DNA of 20,000 bases, taken from assembly GCA_001275005.1 (NCBI GenBank), contig JWZX01003350.1:47327-67326 (forward strand), written 5' to 3'. The first letter of the stretch is position 1. Every line of letters begins with the position of its first letter. This DNA comes from Chrysochromulina tobinii. Its lineage: Eukaryota. The translations under genes and the position numbers were made by a program. A model generated the notes under the pieces. That model had not been told where the DNA came from. It ran no database searches and saw nothing but the letters and a program-made list of their open reading frames with translations. This document shows, piece by piece, positions 8,868 to 17,214 of the stretch.

Positions 8868-10154
8868 CTAGAGCGCCACCGCGAGCGCGGCGCGGACCTT
8901 GGCTTCGAGATCCGTTCCCTTGGAGCCTACGTACTCGTCCACCTTGGCGCCGCCCTTGAGCACGACAAAGTGGGGCACCGCAGTGATCTGGTACGCCTCG
9001 ACGAGCTCTCCGGCCTCGTCAATGTCCACGGTCGCGAATGCCACGTCGGGAAGCGCCGTCGCGAGCGTCTCGACGAAGGGCAAGATCGACTTGCAGTTCT
9101 TGCACCAGCCAGCCCCAAAGTCCAAAACGACCACCCCCGTGGCAGAGCTCGCGGCGAGGGAGCTCACTTGAGAACTCTCCGTCACCGCGCGGAGCCCCTT
9201 GGCCTGGTGCTTCTGGTCGGGCTTGGGCGGCGCCGCGCCGTCGCCCCCCCGCGTAGCGCGAAGTTCCCAGTTGACCTTGTCGTACAGCGGCTTGGCGAGG
9301 TCATAGAACCCTATGTCCCCGACGAAGCAGATCTCGTAACCGTCGGGATCGGCCAGGATGGTGACGACCACGTCGGCCTTCCCCGGCGTGGGCAGCGTAA
9401 TGGGCTTGTTCATAATCGAGCCCTTGCCCGACGCCTCTGCCGCCTCGTAGAACGGGTAGACGGCGCGGCAGCTGTTAGCTATCCGTCCGGATGCGAGCGC
9501 ATGGTCCATGGGCGCGCTGTCGCCCACGTCGATGAACTGCAGGTGCGTCTGCTCGGCCGCCCAGCCGACGGTGAGCGAGCTCTTGTGGCCCGCGTCGCAG
9601 CCGGCGGGGGTTGGGAAGACTGTCATTCCGAGGACGTCGCACCAGTATTGCTTTGTGGCCGCCAGATCGGTCGAGCGCAGCCCGACTGCGAGTATGCGCT
9701 CGGCACGGCCCGCCGAGGGCTCCACGATCTTGTACCGGAAGTTGTCGGGGCCCTTGATCACGGGCATGCCCCCGGCGTACTCGACGCCGTAGCCGAACGC
9801 CTGCGCGCGTGGCACGGCCTCGGGCATTGCGACCGCAAAGTACTGCACGTCGTTGCCGCTCGCGTACGAGTCGATGCCGTAGTTGTACGTGAGCTCGAAG
9901 ACAAAGTTGTCGTTCTCGTTGCCGAGGCCGACCATCGTCTTGGACCACGCGCCGCCGTATGGCCCGTTGCACGTCGCCTCGCAGCCCGACTCAAACTCCT
10001 CATGCCGCAGCACGCGGAAGCCGAACACGAGCTCGTAGAAGCGCAGAGAGTTCTTGAGCGAGCCGATCTTTGTCACCCAGTGGAGCGTGCGCATGTTGCC
10101 CGACAGCTTCGACGAGACGCCGATGTGATCCACCATGGCCGCAGTCATCGGCAT
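8868..10154 (-). CDS. GLOD4: Glyoxalase domain-containing protein 4 (GLOD4) homolog fused to a C-terminal thioredoxin domain (428 aa)
   Basis: GLOD4 signature VLRHEEFESGCEATCNGPYGGAWSKTMVG...FELTYNYG...GND and LPTPGKADVVVTILADPDGYEICFVGD. The C-terminal ~100 aa has a thioredoxin fold (VVLDFGAGWCKNCK...VDIDE...ITAVPHF...YVGS). No stop between the two domains. Confidence 0.93.
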   Translation of the reverse strand: MPMTAAMVDHIGVSSKLSGNMRTLHWVTKIGSLKNSLRFYELVFGFRVLRHEEFESGCEATCNGPYGGAWSKTMVGLGNENDNFVFELTYNYGIDSYASGNDVQYFAVAMPEAVPRAQAFGYGVEYAGGMPVIKGPDNFRYKIVEPSAGRAERILAVGLRSTDLAATKQYWCDVLGMTVFPTPAGCDAGHKSSLTVGWAAEQTHLQFIDVGDSAPMDHALASGRIANSCRAVYPFYEAAEASGKGSIMNKPITLPTPGKADVVVTILADPDGYEICFVGDIGFYDLAKPLYDKVNWELRATRGGDGAAPPKPDQKHQAKGLRAVTESSQVSSLAASSATGVVVLDFGAGWCKNCKSILPFVETLATALPDVAFATVDIDEAGELVEAYQITAVPHFVVLKGGAKVDEYVGSKGTDLEAKVRAALAVAL

Positions 10155-10190
10155 TAGCTCGCTCGTGCTTGCCGCCGCGGCCTCTCCGAG

Positions 10191-10215
10191 AAGTCAAGTC
10201 AAGTCAAGTCAAGTC
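10191..10215. repeat. (AAGTC)5 pentanucleotide microsatellite in a short divergent intergenic region
   Basis: Five perfect AAGTC units followed by AAGCC, between the ATGs at 10154 (-) and 10339 (+). Confidence 0.9.
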
Positions 10216-10338
10216 AAGCCATACGAGACGTGCACGAAAAGTACGGTGTACTGGGACTTCTTGGCCCGAATGTCGTCCAGATGATTCTCTTCACAGGTAT
10301 GGATTTTTCAAGTTCATTTGAGAGTCGACCGCGGCGGC

Positions 10339-13300
10339 ATGCTGCCGTCCAGCTACGCTGCCAAGACTGCACTCTACAATGGCATCGCAGCGGCGCTGTT
10401 CGAGCGTGTCACAACCTTAGAAGCTGAGCTTCTCGCAGCACGGCTGGCAGCTCGAGCGATCAAGCAGGCTGTGCTGATGGTCACCGAGGAGCAGATCGCC
10501 TGCGCTTCGGCAGACCTCGCAGCGTTGCGTGAGCACGAGGCGCGGCTCGAACAGTATCAGCGAGACATTGACGCCACTGCCGTTGCTTCTAGTAAGGCAC
10601 ATGCTGAGCTAGCTTCCAAGCTCCGCAAAGAAGCAGAGGCGATAGCAGTTGCTGCAGAAGCTGCCGTGGCAGCGGCCAGAGCGGAGGCAGCCGACCAGCT
10701 GCGCACTGCTTTGGCGGCAGCTAGAACGGAGGCAGCCGACCAGCTGCGCAGTGCTGTGGCGGCTGCCAGAGCGGAGGCAGCCGACCAGCTGCGCAGTGCT
10801 GTGGCGGCTGCCAAGGTGGAGGTAGCGTACGACGTATCTGCACTCAAGGCTATGAAGTCGGAGCACGAGGTGACTGTGGCGGCGATGGCAGCCGATCACG
10901 AGGCAGCCATGCGTGCGGTGAGGGCGGAGGCTGAGGAGCTGAGGGCGTCGTGGGAGATGGAGCGTGCCGCGTTGCACGAGCAGCTCGAACGAGTGCAGCA
11001 GCGTAGTGACAACCTCGAGGCGGCAGTGATCGAGGAGAGGCGACTGCACGACGAGCTTCGCCAGCAGCATGAGAGCCTCCAGGCATCCTTGGTGCAGGAA
11101 CGCGACGACCTCAAGGAGAAGGCACGGGAGCAGATGCGCAAGCTGCTCGATGAGCGTAAGAAGGTTGTCAAGCAGCTCAATGTCGCCCAGCATGATGCAG
11201 AGGCGGCACGGGCGGAGGCACAGGCGGCACAGGCGGAAGCGGAGGCGGCGCGGGCGGAGGCGAAGGCGGCGCGGGCGGAGGCGGAGGCAGCCAAGGCCGC
11301 GGCACAGGACGAGACGCTGGAGCTTGTGCGAGAATCAATGGCCGCGGCGCAAGCGGCGCAGGACGAGGCGGTAGCGGCGGCCGTCTCGGAGGCGAAGCTG
11401 GGGGCTGCTACCGAGCTCAAGGCAGCCATACAAGCACTTGAAGCGGAGCACGCAGCGGCACTTGCTAAGGCGGCGGAGCACGGGGACGAGAGCGCTTACA
11501 ACGAGTATCAGAGTGCTTTGAAGAAGGTGCGCGAAGCGGCTACGGCCGAGGTGAATGCTGCGCGTTCCGACGCTGAGCGGCAGCTCGAGGCGGCTCGCGC
11601 CGATGCGGTGGGCGCGGCCAAGGCGGAGGCAGCAGACGAGCTGGCCGCTGCGTTGGCGGCGGTGGATGCCATGAAGTCGGAGCACGAGGCGGCAGTTGCT
11701 GTGATCGCAGCCGAACATGAGGCAGCCATGCTAGTGTTGAGAGGAGAGCTTGATGTTGCCTCGCAGCAGCGCGAGGCTGCGCTTGAGGAGCTGAGGGCGT
11801 CGTGGGAGACGGAGCGTGCCGCGTTGCGCGAGCAGCTCGAACGAGTGCAGCAGCGTAGTGACAACCTCGAGGCGGCAGTGATTGAGGAGAGGCGGCTGCA
11901 CGACGAGCTTCGCCAGCAGTATGAGAGCCTCCAGGCATCCTCGGTGCAGGACCGTGAGAGTCTCAAGGAGAAAGCCAAGGAACAGATGCGCAAGCTGCTG
12001 GACGCGGCGCAGGATGATGCAAAGGAACGCGTGCGCGAGGCTCTGGTAGCGGCGCAGGCTGCCCAGGAGGAGGCGCTGGCGGCGGCCAAGGTGGCGGCGC
12101 TATCGGAGCAGCAGACGGCGCTGGCGGCGGCTAGCGAGGCAGCCAAGCGAGCGCATGACGAGGCACTCGCACTTGCCAATGAAGCAGCCAGGTCCGCACT
12201 GGAGGCCGCGGTGGCGGCGGCCCGTGAAGCAGCCAAGCTGGCGCACGATGAGGCGCTTGCGGCGGCGAATGAGGCAGCCAAGCTAGCCAAGGAGGAAGCG
12301 GTAGCGGCCGCCCGTGAAGAAGCCAAGTTGGCGCACGATGAGGCGCTTGCGGCGGCGAACGAGGCAGCCAGGCTAGCCAAGGAGGAAGCGGTAGCGGCGG
12401 CCAACGAGGCGGCCAGGTCAGCACAGGAGGCAGCTGTGGCGGTGGCCGTCTCCGAGGCTCAGCTGGCGGCGGTTCAGGAGCTTGAGGCATCCATGCAAGC
12501 ATTCCGGTCGCGGCTTGAGGCGGAGCACGCAGTGGCGCTGGCGGCCGCTGAGCGAGTTGGTGAGAGCGCCGATCTGAATGCGTTGCAGGCGGTGCGTGAG
12601 GCGGCGACGGCCGAGCTGAATGCGGCACGAGCCGATGCTGAGCGGCAGTTCGACGAGTTGGTTGCTGCGTTGGCGGCGGCCAAGACGGAGGCTGCTGATG
12701 AGCTGGTTGCTGCGGTGGGTGCGGCCAAGGCGGAGTCTGCTGATGAGCTGGTTGCTGCGTTGGCGGCGGCCAAGGCGGAGGCAGCTGATGAGCTGGTTGC
12801 TGCTTTGGGTGCGGCCAAGGCGGAGGCTGCTGACGAGCTGGTTGCTGCGGTGGGTGCGGCCAAGGCTGAGGCTGCGGACGAGCTGGGCGATGCCATGGCG
12901 GCGGCGCGTATGCTGAGGGCAGAGGCTCAAAGTGCACGGGCAGAGTCGAGGGCCGCTCGTGCTGAGCTAGAAGAGGCGCGTGCAGCTGTCCAGGCGGCGC
13001 TGGCGGCTGAGGCTGAGGCGCGTGCGGCTGCGGCCGCTGCAGCAGCGGCATTGTCTGAGGCACGCGCAGCCGCGACTGCGGCGTATGCAGAGGCGGCGTG
13101 GCAGCGGGTCGAACGTGACGCGGCACTCGCGGCGGCGGAAGAAGCACTTGGTGGTAACGTAGTGAAGTCTGCCGAGATTATCGAAGCGCTCTCAGTGAAG
13201 CAGGTGGAGAAGGTGGTGGCGGAGGTGATCAAAGAGGTGGAGGTGATCAAGGAGATCGAGGTCATCAAGGAGGTGATCAAGGAGATCGAGGTCATCAAGG

Positions 13301-15159
13301 AGGTCGAGGTCATCAAGGAGGTGATCAAGGAGATCGAGGTGATCAAGGAGGTCGAGGTCATCAAGGAGGTGCCCTTCGAGGTCATTAAGGAGATCGAGGT
13401 CATCAAGGAGGTCATCAAGGAGATCATTAAGGAGGTGCCCATTGAGGTGCCGGACGAGGCAGCGAGGGCGGAGGCGCTGGAGGCAAGGAGGGAGGCGGCG
13501 GCCGCGCGCGCAGAGGCTCAATCCGCCCGCACGGAGGCGGCCGAGGCAGCCATAGCGGCGGCTCAGGATAAGGCGGCGGCGCTGCAGGCGCTGGCGCTCG
13601 AAAAGGTGGCGGCGCTGGAGGCGGCGGCTCAGGAGAAGGCGGCGGAGGGCTCGGACACAGCAACACGGGCGGATGATCGAGAAGCACGCGTGCGCGCCGT
13701 GGCGTTGGCTGCTAGGGCAGAGGCGGACGATGCAAGGGCAGCTGTGGAAGCCGCGCAGTTGGCCGTTAAGGCTGCACAACGAGCAGAGGCTGAGGCGCGC
13801 GCCGCCGCGGTTGCGGCGTACGCAGAGGCAGCGGCAGCCCGTAAGGAGGCGGTGAGGGAGGTCGAGGTGATCAAGGAGGTGATCAAGGAAATCGAGATCA
13901 TCAAGGAGGTCATCAAGGAGGTGGAGGTGATCAGGGAGGTGGAGGTGATCAGGGAGGTCATCAAGGAGGTGCCCATCGAGGTATTGGGCGAGGCAGCCTG
14001 GGAGGCGGCGGCGGAAGCAAGGGCGGAGGCGGCGGGCGCGCGTGCAGAAGCGAAGACCTGCTGCGCAGAGGCGGACGAAGCGTGGGCAGCCGTTGAGGCG
14101 GCCAGGGCGGCTGAGACCGAAGCGCGTACAGCTGCGGACACAGCTCGCGCGGAGGCCGCGGCGGTACGTCGCAAGCTCGCCGAGCGAGATGCAGCGCTTG
14201 CGGCGGCCGAGGAAGCTCTGATAGCCCTCCTGCCGGCAGAGGTGGTGCAGGCTATGCTCTCTCCGACGGGTCGTCATCTATTGGCGGGGGGCGACTCGGT
14301 GGACCCGGCGCGCCGCTCCTCCCTGTCGGTGGCTCAGCCGCCTCCCGGGGTGGCCGAGCAAGTGGAGATGCTCTTCGCGATGCATACGCCTCGGAAGGCG
14401 GGCGCGGCCCCTGCGGAGGCGGCTACACCAGCCTGGCTCCTGCAGGCCGCTGCAGCCATGGCGCCGCCGACCGCGGGTCCATCCGCGCCATCGACAGCAG
14501 TGCCAGCCGCACCGTCAACCGCGCCGCGTACCATGGCGCTCGCGACGCCGCTGCGGCCGGCGTGGTCGGCATCAGCGGCGCTCTACGATGCTTCAGCGTC
14601 GACGGCGAGCAGCTTCGTCGCGGGGAGTAGCAGCAAGCCAATGGCGGAGATGTTGGTGGAGACGCTGATCGAGGGCGCCAAGGAGGACTCCGTCATGACG
14701 AACCCGACGCTCGCCATCAACAGCGTCCTCGACTACGTCTCCGCGTACACTTCTGAGTGGGTCGACGTACTCGGATTGGGCTCGTCATCAACAGCGCCGC
14801 CCACGACAGCGCCACCCACGACAGCGCCGCCCACGACAGCGCGTAACGACGTACTCGGATTGGGCTCGTCATCAACAGCGCCGCCCACGACAGCGCCGCC
14901 CACGACAGCGCCGCCAGCACCGTCGCAGCCCGCACCACCGGCGGCCGCACCACCGGCGGCCGCACCGCCGTCGCCCCTCATCGCCCCTTGGGCGCCCGCA
15001 CCACCGGGCAGCCTCCTCTACACGGCGGCAGCACCCTCGGCGGCAGCACCCCGAGCGGCCGCCACCCCAAGTGCGTACGCTCGGTTGCTTGAAGTACAGC
15101 GGCGAGACGAGTCCCAAAAGGTGCGCACTCCATCGAGCACTCCACACGCGAGTGCTTAG
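10339..15159 (+). CDS. Large Ala/Glu-rich coiled-coil protein with V/I-K-E repeat blocks and a Pro/Thr/Ala-rich tail (~1606 aa)
   Basis: 4.8-kb open frame with strong G-starting codon bias. First ATG at 10339 (track start 10318 is TTG). Contains 15-aa repeats, a 73-aa internal duplication, EVIKEV arrays and TTAPP repeats. Confidence 0.88.
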   Translation: MLPSSYAAKTALYNGIAAALFERVTTLEAELLAARLAARAIKQAVLMVTEEQIACASADLAALREHEARLEQYQRDIDATAVASSKAHAELASKLRKEAEAIAVAAEAAVAAARAEAADQLRTALAAARTEAADQLRSAVAAARAEAADQLRSAVAAAKVEVAYDVSALKAMKSEHEVTVAAMAADHEAAMRAVRAEAEELRASWEMERAALHEQLERVQQRSDNLEAAVIEERRLHDELRQQHESLQASLVQERDDLKEKAREQMRKLLDERKKVVKQLNVAQHDAEAARAEAQAAQAEAEAARAEAKAARAEAEAAKAAAQDETLELVRESMAAAQAAQDEAVAAAVSEAKLGAATELKAAIQALEAEHAAALAKAAEHGDESAYNEYQSALKKVREAATAEVNAARSDAERQLEAARADAVGAAKAEAADELAAALAAVDAMKSEHEAAVAVIAAEHEAAMLVLRGELDVASQQREAALEELRASWETERAALREQLERVQQRSDNLEAAVIEERRLHDELRQQYESLQASSVQDRESLKEKAKEQMRKLLDAAQDDAKERVREALVAAQAAQEEALAAAKVAALSEQQTALAAASEAAKRAHDEALALANEAARSALEAAVAAAREAAKLAHDEALAAANEAAKLAKEEAVAAAREEAKLAHDEALAAANEAARLAKEEAVAAANEAARSAQEAAVAVAVSEAQLAAVQELEASMQAFRSRLEAEHAVALAAAERVGESADLNALQAVREAATAELNAARADAERQFDELVAALAAAKTEAADELVAAVGAAKAESADELVAALAAAKAEAADELVAALGAAKAEAADELVAAVGAAKAEAADELGDAMAAARMLRAEAQSARAESRAARAELEEARAAVQAALAAEAEARAAAAAAAAALSEARAAATAAYAEAAWQRVERDAALAAAEEALGGNVVKSAEIIEALSVKQVEKVVAEVIKEVEVIKEIEVIKEVIKEIEVIKEVEVIKEVIKEIEVIKEVEVIKEVPFEVIKEIEVIKEVIKEIIKEVPIEVPDEAARAEALEARREAAAARAEAQSARTEAAEAAIAAAQDKAAALQALALEKVAALEAAAQEKAAEGSDTATRADDREARVRAVALAARAEADDARAAVEAAQLAVKAAQRAEAEARAAAVAAYAEAAAARKEAVREVEVIKEVIKEIEIIKEVIKEVEVIREVEVIREVIKEVPIEVLGEAAWEAAAEARAEAAGARAEAKTCCAEADEAWAAVEAARAAETEARTAADTARAEAAAVRRKLAERDAALAAAEEALIALLPAEVVQAMLSPTGRHLLAGGDSVDPARRSSLSVAQPPPGVAEQVEMLFAMHTPRKAGAAPAEAATPAWLLQAAAAMAPPTAGPSAPSTAVPAAPSTAPRTMALATPLRPAWSASAALYDASASTASSFVAGSSSKPMAEMLVETLIEGAKEDSVMTNPTLAINSVLDYVSAYTSEWVDVLGLGSSSTAPPTTAPPTTAPPTTARNDVLGLGSSSTAPPTTAPPTTAPPAPSQPAPPAAAPPAAAPPSPLIAPWAPAPPGSLLYTAAAPSAAAPRAAATPSAYARLLEVQRRDESQKVRTPSSTPHASA
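10933..12003 (+). repeat. 219-bp intragenic direct duplication (10933-11151 and 11785-12003)
   Basis: Both copies encode EELRASWExERAALxEQLERVQQRSDNLEAAVIEERRLHDELRQQxESLQAS...EQMRKLLD. Confidence 0.92.
13201..13983 (+). repeat. Two coding minisatellite blocks (13201-13452 and 13852-13983) of GAGGTSATCAAG-type units encoding (E/I/V)VIKE repeats
   Basis: Visible 12- and 18-bp units translating to EVIKEVEVIKEIEVIKEV...KEVPIEV. Confidence 0.92.
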
Positions 15160-15378
15160 ACTGTGTAATGACTAGCGTAGCTGGGAGTATTTCCCGTACG
15201 TGCAGCAGCTGAAGGTAGCTCGTGAGTGCGAACGAAAGGTCGTTAGGAGAGCAGTTAGTACTTAGAGCTTGCTCGTGAGACGCGTGTGCGCGGTACCGGG
15301 AGGCAGCACACAGCACTAAAACGGTACGTCGGTACACCACTTTTCACACTGTGTCAGTGTGAACGTGAACACGCGTCG

Positions 15379-16965
15379 ATGGGGACTTCAGCGCTCCGTC
15401 TCTACTGCCGCATCGCGGCGGCCAATTTAGAGCACCGCTTGCCAGCCCTGGCGCGCAGACGAAAATTCGCCTTGACAACCAAGATTGGCGTGGATATGCA
15501 TTGGAGCGAGTTCGGCTCGTCCTCGCAAGATCAGCTCCAACACTCAGTCGTGCGCAGCTTGCTCCACCAGCATGGGCAGGTGCCTCTGCTGGTGCGAGTC
15601 TCGACGAAAAGCTGCAGTTCCTCGGACCCCACAGCGCACGTGGACGGGCTGCGGTCCCAGCTCGGGCGAATCTCGGAGGAGTTTGGTGATCTTTTGGCGC
15701 GTGTGGTCGTCGATGTGCGCTGCAATAGTTGGAAAGTCGATGAGTGCATTACGTACGTCACCGGCGCAACGCGATGCGCTGAGGAGTTCAGGGCGGTGCA
15801 CCCACACGTGGGCGTCTCCGTGCTCTCGGCGCAGCGCACGCACTGGGGCACGGGCGCCGCTCTCGACTACGTGCTCAAAGCGCTGCCAGCCCCAGTAGCT
15901 GCCGCGCTCCACATTTCGCTCGACCCGGCGCCTTGGATCGGCGGGCCGACGGCTCAGCAGCAGGACAGCGGCTACGATTACTTACCGCACGTGGACCATT
16001 TGGACCTCGACGCGGGCTGGACGAGCTGGCCGCCCTCGTACTGGTCGACGATCCACGCCGCGCTCCGGCACCGCGCGCAGCACGGCGCCCAGCACGGCGC
16101 CCAGCACGGCGCATGTGTTTCTCTGCCCGCTTCGTTGCTCCTCGACGGTGGTACGGACGGCATGAGCTTCTTACAGAAGCTGCGCCGTGCCCATGCCGCG
16201 GCCACGGCGGGTGAAGCCATCTTTGAGCCCGATGGCGAGCAGCTGACAGTGGCCGCCGCCTCGGAGCCACCGAGCACGCCGACCAAAGGAGATATCGTCC
16301 GAGATATCGTCCGAGATACCGACTCGGAGCCACCGAGCACGCCCGCCAAAGGAGATATCGTCCGAGATACGGTCCGAGATACGGTCCGAGATACGGTCCG
16401 AGAGCTGCCTCAGCCCGCGGCCGCGCCCTCCGTGTCGCCTTTGCCAGCCTTCCGCGTCGTCGATCATCGCCGCCGGAGCAGCGCAACGCCGCCCACACCG
16501 CCGCCGATGGACGCCGTCGAGCGGCATACAACTTCGGACGTTACAACTTCGGACGTTACAACTTCGGACTTTACAACTTCGGACGTCGGCGCCGAAGCCG
16601 ACCGGCTCATTCAGATCCGCATGCAAGCGCTCGAGACGGCGGAGGCGGAGATCGCACGAGATCGAGCGGAGCTCGCGCTGCTGCGGCGGCTGCGGGAAGA
16701 GAACCGGCAGCTCATTTCACACTCACAGCAGCTCATCCGCCGCGTGGCCGCGCTCAGTGCGCGGGCGGTGGAGGCTGAGGCTGAGGCGGAGGCCGCTAAA
16801 GCGCCCAACTCAGCGCCTACCATCAAGGAGCAGCGCGCTGCGGCGGCGGTGGGGGCGGAGGCCGAGGCGCGCGCGAGCACGCAGGCGTCGGGCGCTGCGC
16901 CGGGCGCTACTGGCCTTGCCCTCGGCCACCTCGAGGACGTGATATTCGCGCCTTTCAAAGGTTGA
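15379..16965 (+). CDS. Hypothetical protein: degenerate xylose-isomerase-like TIM barrel, repeat-rich linker, short coiled coil (~528 aa)
   Basis: ORF with first ATG at 15379. The N-terminal ~250 aa has an alternating alpha/beta pattern resembling AP_endonuc_2-type barrels (tentative). In-frame repeats QHGA x3, SEPPSTP..DIVRD x2 and TTSDV x4. C-terminal heptad region. Confidence 0.7.
   Translation: MGTSALRLYCRIAAANLEHRLPALARRRKFALTTKIGVDMHWSEFGSSSQDQLQHSVVRSLLHQHGQVPLLVRVSTKSCSSSDPTAHVDGLRSQLGRISEEFGDLLARVVVDVRCNSWKVDECITYVTGATRCAEEFRAVHPHVGVSVLSAQRTHWGTGAALDYVLKALPAPVAAALHISLDPAPWIGGPTAQQQDSGYDYLPHVDHLDLDAGWTSWPPSYWSTIHAALRHRAQHGAQHGAQHGACVSLPASLLLDGGTDGMSFLQKLRRAHAAATAGEAIFEPDGEQLTVAAASEPPSTPTKGDIVRDIVRDTDSEPPSTPAKGDIVRDTVRDTVRDTVRELPQPAAAPSVSPLPAFRVVDHRRRSSATPPTPPPMDAVERHTTSDVTTSDVTTSDFTTSDVGAEADRLIQIRMQALETAEAEIARDRAELALLRRLREENRQLISHSQQLIRRVAALSARAVEAEAEAEAAKAPNSAPTIKEQRAAAAVGAEAEARASTQASGAAPGATGLALGHLEDVIFAPFKG
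16078..16587 (+). repeat. Cluster of in-frame tandem repeats: 12 bp x3 (16078-16113), 63-bp duplication with nested 12-bp units (16261-16403), 15 bp x4 (16528-16587)
   Basis: CAGCACGGCGCC; TCGGAGCCACCGAGCACGCC...GATATCGTCCGA; ACAACTTCGGACGTT, all read directly. Confidence 0.92.
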
Positions 16966-17214
16966 ACCCTTGGCCTTGCCACGGGTGAGTTGTCACGCTG
17001 CGGCGTTGGGGTTTGATTTAGTTACTACGTACTGTATGTAAACTTGGTCGCGTAGGTCAGCGCGTGCGGGCGGCATACAAACCGTTACAGGGTGCCACCT
17101 GGACCGCGACGAAACTGACTGCGGACCTTCACAGCCGCGTAACTTTGGGAGGATTTGGGGAGTCGCGAACATCAAGGTCGGCGACGAGGGCTCCACAAAC
17201 GCACCTGCCGCCCA

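Noticed and set aside
8838..10157. 439-aa plus-strand ORF
   Set aside because: Codon-aligned antisense shadow of GLOD4-Trx, as expected at high GC3.
10191..10215. (AAGTC)5 as an interstitial telomeric repeat
   Set aside because: Neither strand has the G-rich TTAGGG-type unit; treated as a microsatellite.
10417..14981. Multiple long minus-strand ORFs within the coiled-coil gene
   Set aside because: Produced by the repetitive GCG/GAG codon composition of the plus-strand gene.
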